DNA of 38,559 nt, from NCBI GenBank assembly GCA_964355785.1, contig CAYHEU010000002.1, forward strand, positions 1 to 38,559, read 5' to 3'. This document shows positions 32,766-38,559 of this stretch, one piece after another. Both the position numbers and the translations under genes were made by a program. This DNA comes from an uncultured Candidatus Saccharibacteria bacterium. Lineage in GTDB: Bacteria; Patescibacteriota; Minisyncoccia; UBA6257; 2-01-FULL-56-20. The stretch's first letter is position 1; each line of letters begins with the position of its first letter. The notes under the pieces were generated by a model. It was given only the letters and a program-made list of their open reading frames with translations, was not told the origin of the DNA and searched no databases.

Positions 32766-34214
32766 TCAGAGCTTCTCGTAATATTCCCCAAGCGCGAAAA
32801 GGTCTCCTTCTCCCAACATTTTTCCGATGAGCTGGAATCCCACGGGGAGGGGAAGATCGCCTTTTATAGGAATTGATATTGCCGGGAGCCCTGCGAGATT
32901 CACGGGAATCGTAAAAATATCAGAAAGGTACATCGAGAGCGGATCTGCGGTTTTCTCTCCGATTGCGAATGCAGTCGTAGGAGAAGTGGGCGCGAGGATT
33001 ACATTCACTTCTTTGAACGCATCGTCGAAATCTTTCTTTACCAGCGTTCTTACCTGTTGAGCTTTTCTGTAGTACGCGTCGTAGTAGCCGGACGAGAGCA
33101 CAAACGTCCCGAGGATAATACGCCGTTTCACCTCGCTTCCGAAACCGAGCCCCCGCTGTTTAAAATAGATCTCCCGAAGCGTGCGGTGCTGGTGATCGGG
33201 GTTTGAAGCCCGAATCCTCGAGTAGCGGACGCCGTCAAAGCGGGCAAGATTCGCGCTCGCCTCCGCAGGGAGAATTATGTAATAACAGGAGAGCGCGTAT
33301 TTGGAATGCGGAAGAGAAATTTCCTTGAACCGTATCCCAAGGGATTTCAGATCTTTTATCGCCGTCTCTACCGCGTCATTCACGCTTTTTTCAAGCTTGT
33401 AGGAAAAATATTCTTTCGGGATGCCAATCGTAAAATTCTTAATTTCTTCAAAAGACGGCTTCTTGAAACGTTTGTGGTGCTCCATGGGTAAGCTTGTCGC
33501 GTCCTGGGAATCATGCCCTCGGATTGCCCTATAGAGAATTTCCGCGTCCGCAACCGTTTTTGTGATCGGACCGATTTGATCCAAGCTTGAGGCAAGTGCG
33601 ATAAGTCCCGAGCGGGAAACTGTTCCATAGGTCGGTTTGAATCCGACTACTCCGCAGAGCCCGGCCGGCTGGCGGATTGATCCGCCGGTGTCGGACCCTA
33701 AAGCTCCGAGCGCCATATGGGCCGCGACCGCCGCGGCTGATCCTCCGGAAGACCCTCCCGGAACTCGCCTTGGATCGTACGGATTCCGTGTGATCTGAAA
33801 GGCCGAATTCTCGGTTGAAGATCCCATCGCGAACTCGTCGAGGTTCGTCTTGCCGAGGAAAACTGCTTTGCGGTGCTTCAGTTTTTTTATTACCCCCGCA
33901 TCATATGCGGCCGTGTAGTTCCCGAGGATTTTCGAGCCCGCAGTTGCGGGGAGTTTCTTTATCAAAATATTGTCCTTGATCGCAAGAGGAACGCCCGCGA
34001 GCTCGTCGATTTCTTCTCCCTTCGCGATTGCAAGGTCGACTTTTTCCGCGGCTCTTGCCGCTCCCTCTTCGTCCAAACTCAAATACGCGCCGATTTTCTT
34101 GTCAGCATCCTTAATATGAGAGAAGAACGTCTGGGCGATCTCAAGCGCCGAAAACTCTTTGCGGATAAGTCCCGCGTGAAATTTTTTGATCGTAAGATCC
34201 TTAAGCGCGTTCAT
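32766..34214 (-). CDS. gatA: Glu/Asp-tRNA amidotransferase subunit A (amidase signature family)
   Basis: Amidase signature [12 protein letters not shown]...[15 protein letters not shown] at 34214 ([13 protein letters not shown]...) starts 1 nt after the gatC stop. The track start at 34376 runs through repeat sequence. Confidence 0.92.
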   Translation of the reverse strand: MNALKDLTIKKFHAGLIRKEFSALEIAQTFFSHIKDADKKIGAYLSLDEEGAARAAEKVDLAIAKGEEIDELAGVPLAIKDNILIKKLPATAGSKILGNYTAAYDAGVIKKLKHRKAVFLGKTNLDEFAMGSSTENSAFQITRNPYDPRRVPGGSSGGSAAAVAAHMALGALGSDTGGSIRQPAGLCGVVGFKPTYGTVSRSGLIALASSLDQIGPITKTVADAEILYRAIRGHDSQDATSLPMEHHKRFKKPSFEEIKNFTIGIPKEYFSYKLEKSVNDAVETAIKDLKSLGIRFKEISLPHSKYALSCYYIILPAEASANLARFDGVRYSRIRASNPDHQHRTLREIYFKQRGLGFGSEVKRRIILGTFVLSSGYYDAYYRKAQQVRTLVKKDFDDAFKEVNVILAPTSPTTAFAIGEKTADPLSMYLSDIFTIPVNLAGLPAISIPIKGDLPLPVGFQLIGKMLGEGDLFALGEYYEKL

Positions 34215-34215
34215 A

Positions 34216-34560
34216 TTATTCTCCGCCAGAGGCGCCCGCCTGCCGGACGGGCAGGGATCCGCCTTTGGCGGAGAAAACCGCAGGGATCTTGAGAAATCCG
34301 CCTTGTTCTTCGGGAAAGCTTTCTCTTCCGGCACCGCGATTAGAGTTCTCGCCTTCGGCGTCATCTCGGAATACATTCTTGAGCGACGTTCCGCCGCTCA
34401 TCGGCTCTACTCCCCGCGTGTCAAGTTCCTGGAGCTCTTTGAAGTAGCCGACGATTTTTTGAAGATCCTTCAGAATTTTCTCTTCCTCACGAGTGTTGAG
34501 CTCAATGCGCGTGAGTTCCGTAAGATGTTTCAATGTTTTTTTGTTGATTGGCGAAGCCAT
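34216..34560 (-). CDS. gatC: Glu/Asp-tRNA amidotransferase subunit C with repeat-encoded C-terminal tail
   Basis: MASPINKKTLKHLTELTRIEL...LQELDT...FLKIPAVF is GatC-like. The extra tail SAKGGSLPVRQAGASGGE is encoded by palindromic repeats. Alternative start at 34578. Confidence 0.75.
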   Translation of the reverse strand: MASPINKKTLKHLTELTRIELNTREEEKILKDLQKIVGYFKELQELDTRGVEPMSGGTSLKNVFRDDAEGENSNRGAGRESFPEEQGGFLKIPAVFSAKGGSLPVRQAGASGGE

Positions 34561-34566
34561 AAGAAT

Positions 34567-34631
34567 AGGACTTAGCAATTAGAATTTAGGACTTTCCGCC
34601 AAAGGCGGACCAGCCTTGGGCTGGAGGGCTT
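34567..34631. repeat. Intergenic copy of the composite palindromic repeat (between murD and gatC)
   Basis: AGGACTTAG...AGAATTTAGGACTT, then palindrome TCCGCCAAAGGCGGA (34595..34609), then palindrome CCAGCC-TTG-GGCTGG (34610..34624). Confidence 0.7.
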
Positions 34632-34651
34632 AGTGTGACGTTAAAATAATT

Positions 34652-35938
34652 TTAACGCGCTTTTATTGCTTTGACTAATTTTTTGAATTGCCTGCCGCGG
34701 TCGGCGTAGTTTTGGAACTGATCAAAACTCGCGGCGCCGGGTGAGAACACGATACAGGACTTTCCGCCCGAGGCGGATCCGCCTTTGGCGGAAGAACTTA
34801 GGACGTAGGACTTAGTAGTATACTTGTAGGCGGTGCGGATTGCCTCGGACAAGTTTTCTGCGATTGCGATTTTGACGCCACGGTTTTTGATGGCGCGGTG
34901 GATTTTCTTTTTGTTTTCACCGAAGAGAATCACAAGTCGCGTGCTTGAATTTTTGAGGGCCTTCGCAAGCGGCGCGTAATTCAATCCTTTGTCTTGGCCG
35001 CCAGCGATAAGGATGTGTGGTTCGTTTTTGAATGCGCCCACAGCGGCAGCGGCGGTGTGCGGGTTAGTTGAGGCCGAATCGTTGTAGAATTTCACTCCCG
35101 AAACGTTCTTTATAAACTCCAGGCGGTGTTCAAGTCCGCGAAAGCTTTTTAGCGTTTTCACTATAGTGCGGTCCGGGATACCGAGCGAACGCGCAACGGT
35201 TGCTGCCATTATCGCATTGCGGTATGCGTGCGCGCCTATGAGCTTCAAGTCTTGGGGATCGACGAAAGGTGCGGAATTTTGGGATACCAAAATTTTTCTA
35301 CCCCTCCCTTTTGTTGCAATGCTTCTTGTGAGCGGATTGTCCGCAAAGAAAAAGACGAGATCGCGGGGATTTTGCCACCGAACAATGTTTGCTTTTGCGC
35401 CGTAGTATTCCCTTACGCTTTTATGGTGATCCAGATGCTCCGGAAAAGCATCAAGCACGACTGCGATGTGGGGCGAAGCGGGGAGATCATGAAGCTGAAA
35501 ACTTGAGAGTTCGAGCACGACCCACGAGGTTTTTTTTAGCTTCTTTGTGATGTTGAGCGGGGATTCGCCGATATTTCCGGCAAGATATACGTCTTTGCCC
35601 GCCGCTTTGAGGATTTCATAGATAAGCGTTGCAGTCGTGCTTTTCCCCTTACTGCAGGTGATTCCGATGATATTGCGTGTGGGGGAGTGGGTGAAAAAAA
35701 GAATTGTTGCGCTTGAAAATTTCACCCCGTTGCACCGTGCCCGGAATAAACGCGGGTGCGAGTATGGAATGCCCGGAGTTCTGAATACAAGATCAAAACA
35801 TTCAAGATTTTTTAAATAGTCCGGGTCGGTTTTTTGATCAAGAATTTCAATCTCCGCTTTTTTGTAGCGCGGATGTTTTTTAATGAAACGCAGAACTGAT
35901 TTCCCTTCCCGTCCGAAGCCGAGAATCGCAATTCGCAT
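34652..35938 (-). CDS. murD: UDP-N-acetylmuramoyl-L-alanine--D-glutamate ligase MurD
   Basis: MRIAILGFGREGKS Rossmann start, GITCSKGKSTTATL P-loop, C-terminal FSPGAASFDQFQNYADRGRQF. Confidence 0.9.
   Translation of the reverse strand: MRIAILGFGREGKSVLRFIKKHPRYKKAEIEILDQKTDPDYLKNLECFDLVFRTPGIPYSHPRLFRARCNGVKFSSATILFFTHSPTRNIIGITCSKGKSTTATLIYEILKAAGKDVYLAGNIGESPLNITKKLKKTSWVVLELSSFQLHDLPASPHIAVVLDAFPEHLDHHKSVREYYGAKANIVRWQNPRDLVFFFADNPLTRSIATKGRGRKILVSQNSAPFVDPQDLKLIGAHAYRNAIMAATVARSLGIPDRTIVKTLKSFRGLEHRLEFIKNVSGVKFYNDSASTNPHTAAAAVGAFKNEPHILIAGGQDKGLNYAPLAKALKNSSTRLVILFGENKKKIHRAIKNRGVKIAIAENLSEAIRTAYKYTTKSYVLSSSAKGGSASGGKSCIVFSPGAASFDQFQNYADRGRQFKKLVKAIKAR
34757..34815. repeat. Copy of the composite palindromic repeat translated in frame inside murD
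   Basis: Tandem palindromes TCCGCCCGAGGCGGA (34763..34777) and TCCGCCTTTGGCGGA (34778..34792), flanked by AGGACTT / TTAGGACGTAGGACTTAG. Encodes TKSYVLSSSAKGGSASGGKS in MurD. Confidence 0.75.
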
Positions 35939-35982
35939 GGTTTAATTGTACTCCCAATTTTTGGGAAGTGTCGTGGAGCGGA

Positions 35983-36118
35983 GTATTTTCTCTTTTTGAG
36001 AAGCTTTCGGAGTCATCTTAAGCTTGGTTTTTTGCATAGCAAAATTAAGATGACGAGAAACAACGGGCGTTTCGCCGCTGGAGCGAAACGAACCGCGGTT
36101 CTCAAAAAGAGAAAATAC
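35983..36118. repeat. 136-nt element closed by a 20-bp perfect inverted repeat with two internal hairpins
   Basis: 35983..36002 pairs with 36099..36118. Inner stems are 36012..36021/36045..36054 (10 bp) and 36068..36075/36083..36090 (8 bp). Confidence 0.7.
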
Positions 36119-36301
36119 GAAGCATGTTGCGGGGGCCGGAATCGGACCAGCTTCTGGAGCTTATGGGGCTCCAAGGGAAACCATTCCCTGCCCTCCCGCG
36201 CTACTTATTGTATAGGGGATTCGTAAAGTGTCAAAGATAGAACAATATTTTTTGATATTATTTTGTGCACACCCAGCAAATTTTCTTCCTAAACCGCACT
36301 C

Positions 36302-36310
36302 TGTTATAAT
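36302..36310 (+). promoter_or_regulatory. Extended -10 box TGTTATAAT
   Basis: Same 13-mer TGTTATAATTATC as upstream of pilM, with the same 9-nt gap to the ATG at 36320. Confidence 0.4.
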
Positions 36311-36319
36311 TATCAGGCA

Positions 36320-38559
36320 ATGGAAAAAGTATCACACAAAACTGCGGCACTTGCGGTTTTTTTTGTGCTCGTCACCACATCTCTTTTGGTTGCCGCAAGG
36401 ATTTTTGCTTCTCACACGACGGCACCTCCGCCAACTCCAGTTTCCGAGAGTCCAAAGGCCAAGAAACTTCGGGAGGAGTTGACCAAAACCCCGAATTTCC
36501 TACAGTACACCGAATATAAGATGTTGCGCCACAAAGAAGCACCCTCCGCATATACGTACGATGATTATCGACTCAAGCCAAGCGGCCAGTCGCCTCTTTC
36601 TCTTGAACGTAGCGGCGGTCTTGGCGCGCTCGATTATTTTTCTTCATCAGCGCTGGGAGGGAGTATTGATGTCTTAACCGGCGCAAGGGCAATCGATGAA
36701 AGTTTGCAATTAGGTTCTATCAGCCAACCGGGGGGATTTCGCTCGGCGGGCGATTTTGATCGTCAACGCATCACAAATGCGCTTCGGCTCTATTATAGGG
36801 ACAAAAAGATATACCCCGACAGGCTGGATCAACTTGTTCCCGCATATCTCTCGGAGGTGCCTTCGGGTTTTCAGTATCAAAAGACCGGCACATATTACAA
36901 TCTTCAGTTTGTCGGTTCTCCTGTTGATACCTTTTCTATATCGGCGATTTCTTCCGTGGATCTCAAACCCCACCCGTGGGGAGAAATGATAAAAGGAAAA
37001 AACTTTTCCATCCCATCTATTTTTTCCGTGATTCCGAAAGATTACTTCGCCACTTACTTTAAAGAGGGCGATAAACTTTCGAGATTGGAAGAGGTGTTGA
37101 ATGCGATGGCGAAATCAGCCGGTAGATTTTACGGGGTGGATGAGGCGCTCACTATAAGAAAGAATGTGTTTCGTCGTCTTGGTATTAGCGACACGCGCGA
37201 GATAAACGATTTTGTTCAAGACGTTGCATTTATTTCATATGATTTATCATTTTATCCAAGTACCGATTATGCCATTATCTTCAAAGTAGATTCATCGCGC
37301 CTTGATGAATTTACACGGAAGTTTCTTTTAGGGCCTTCCAATTTGCGCGGAACCGTTGGGGAGTATTACGCGGTAGTAACGACACCCTCTCTCCTCGAAG
37401 ATCTCAAGACAACATTGAGTGATCCGTCGCGCTCAATGGCGAAAGCAGAAGATCTTCACTTTACGCTTGCGACCATGGACGAGGACTACGACGGCTTGGC
37501 ATACATTTCCGAAGCGTTCGTCCAAAAACTCACCGGTCCAGCATATCGTATCAACGCGGGGAGAAGAGCGGGAGCACTCCAGGCGCTCGAAGCCTTACAG
37601 TATGCGGTCTTTGCTTACCGCGATCTTACGGGAGCGTGGCCTGCGACTTTAGCCCAAATGTTTTCGGAAGGGTATCTCGCCGATAATACGGTTGCTGAAA
37701 TCGACAGTTATTCGGTGGATGGCGAAGGTGTCGTGGAACACAGGGACTGGAACAGCATTTACGATCCAATACCAGTAGGGAGAGTGCAAATCGATCAGGT
37801 GTCTGCGATGGAAAAATCTTTTTATGAGGCATTCCGCGACAATTATCAGCGATACTGGCGCGGATTTATTGATCCTATAGGAATTACCGTCGCCGTCCGT
37901 GACCAATTGAGGTTTCACACCGTTATCCTCCCTCTGATCGAAGAAAGCCAATATAACTTTATTAAGGACGTGTTCGGAGGAAGTCCTCTTCAAATGAATT
38001 ATATTATGAAGCCGGATAGGATACCCGCGCTTCAGTTTGCGGCAAAGTTTGATGTTGACGGACTTCTCTACGCGACAAGGGATTTAGGAAATTTCTTCTT
38101 CGGCGCTGGATCGAATCGAGATGAGGAGAATCGCGATACCGTGATTGATAAAGCGAAGAAAGACTTGGCAAAGGCGATTGGATGGGACGGTGATTACAGG
38201 ACTATATTGGATTTTGTCGGGAACGAAGTGATGCTCGGCGCTGGCGAGGAGGTTGTGTTCGAGCTGAACGATATCGGGAGGCTTGATTTCTATCTTAGCG
38301 TGGCGCTTAAGGATGTCGAAGCGGCGAAAAAATTTTTGGAGAAGTCGTTTGCTGCCCTTGGAAAAAGTTTCGGAGGGGAGCGCGGCGTCGGCTTAGGATT
38401 TTTCTCAATTTCCACAACGAAACCGCTTAAGAATACTTATAATGGCGTTGATTTCTACCTTATCCCCACCGGTTTTACGAACATCTACTACACCATCGTG
38501 GGTAATCGGTTCTATGGCACTATATCCCAGGATGCCATGAACAAAATTATTGACGGCTG
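36320..38559 (+). CDS. Large secreted/membrane-anchored hypothetical protein, N-terminal >746 codons (runs off right edge)
   Basis: I translated the frame by eye from the ATG at 36320 to the window end and saw no stop. N-terminal TM AALAVFFVLVTTSLLVAA. Absent from the ORF track because no stop falls in the window. Confidence 0.6.
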   Translation, partial: MEKVSHKTAALAVFFVLVTTSLLVAARIFASHTTAPPPTPVSESPKAKKLREELTKTPNFLQYTEYKMLRHKEAPSAYTYDDYRLKPSGQSPLSLERSGGLGALDYFSSSALGGSIDVLTGARAIDESLQLGSISQPGGFRSAGDFDRQRITNALRLYYRDKKIYPDRLDQLVPAYLSEVPSGFQYQKTGTYYNLQFVGSPVDTFSISAISSVDLKPHPWGEMIKGKNFSIPSIFSVIPKDYFATYFKEGDKLSRLEEVLNAMAKSAGRFYGVDEALTIRKNVFRRLGISDTREINDFVQDVAFISYDLSFYPSTDYAIIFKVDSSRLDEFTRKFLLGPSNLRGTVGEYYAVVTTPSLLEDLKTTLSDPSRSMAKAEDLHFTLATMDEDYDGLAYISEAFVQKLTGPAYRINAGRRAGALQALEALQYAVFAYRDLTGAWPATLAQMFSEGYLADNTVAEIDSYSVDGEGVVEHRDWNSIYDPIPVGRVQIDQVSAMEKSFYEAFRDNYQRYWRGFIDPIGITVAVRDQLRFHTVILPLIEESQYNFIKDVFGGSPLQMNYIMKPDRIPALQFAAKFDVDGLLYATRDLGNFFFGAGSNRDEENRDTVIDKAKKDLAKAIGWDGDYRTILDFVGNEVMLGAGEEVVFELNDIGRLDFYLSVALKDVEAAKKFLEKSFAALGKSFGGERGVGLGFFSISTTKPLKNTYNGVDFYLIPTGFTNIYYTIVGNRFYGTISQDAMNKIIDG

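Noticed and set aside
34216-34830. Possible CRISPR array, given the clustered short palindromic repeats
   Set aside because: The repeats are only 15 nt and irregularly spaced. Two are directly tandem, and several lie inside conserved coding sequence. There is no repeat-spacer periodicity and no cas genes in the window.
35996-36226. 76-aa plus-strand ORF between murD and the 36320 gene
   Set aside because: It lies on nested perfect inverted repeats and its translation is not protein-like. The region is better explained as a structured RNA or repeat element.
1-38559. Alternative genetic code (UGA recoding), as seen in some CPR lineages
   Set aside because: Long conserved genes (pilB, pilT, ligA, gatA, murD) are intact under the standard code. 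TGA is used as a plausible stop, for example at the ends of the 3403..3693 ORF, ligA and the protease gene.

Overview
The window reads as chromosome from a small-genome, CPR/Patescibacteria-like bacterium. That placement is inferred from gene content and style only; no search was run. There are four blocks.

(1) 1-18.3 kb holds comF plus a complete type IV (competence-type) pilus locus: pilM-N-O, pilB, pilT, pilC, a major pilin, the prepilin peptidase and four prepilin-like minor pilins. The locus encloses a set of secreted proteins. Four of these genes share an N-terminal module, and three of the four are tandem Cys-rich paralogues. There is also a ~990-codon LamG/repeat protein split by a single in-frame TAA.

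(2) 18.5-20.8 kb holds NAD-dependent DNA ligase and tRNA-Asp(GTC).

(3) 20.8-32.6 kb is a visibly more AT-rich ~12 kb integrated element.
- A large serine recombinase ORF terminates antisense inside the tRNA.
- Minus-strand HTH and replication-O-like genes follow.
- The plus-strand cargo carries a membrane-anchored trypsin-like protease coupled to a Zn-ribbon membrane protein, three proteins with HEPN-type Rx4-5H motifs, an HD-domain alarmone-hydrolase-like protein behind a long structured leader, and YHYH and Excalibur domain proteins.
- This cargo is the best candidate for an undescribed defence or conflict system.

(4) 32.7-38.6 kb holds gatA-gatC-murD on the minus strand and the 5' part of a large secreted protein that runs off the right edge.

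Short repeat families are superimposed on everything:
- The palindrome TCCGCC-N3-GGCGGA is translated in frame inside murD and the gatC tail.
- The 10-mer CCTAAATTCT lies in the leader-coding part of all four minor pilin genes, often with an inverted partner upstream.
- A 23S-rRNA-IVS-type four-helix-bundle ORF, flanked by perfect inverted repeats, sits in frame inside one prepilin leader.
- A 180-nt in-frame insertion lies in another pilin-like gene.

No CRISPR array or rRNA gene was seen. All domain calls come from motif recognition by eye, not from database searches.
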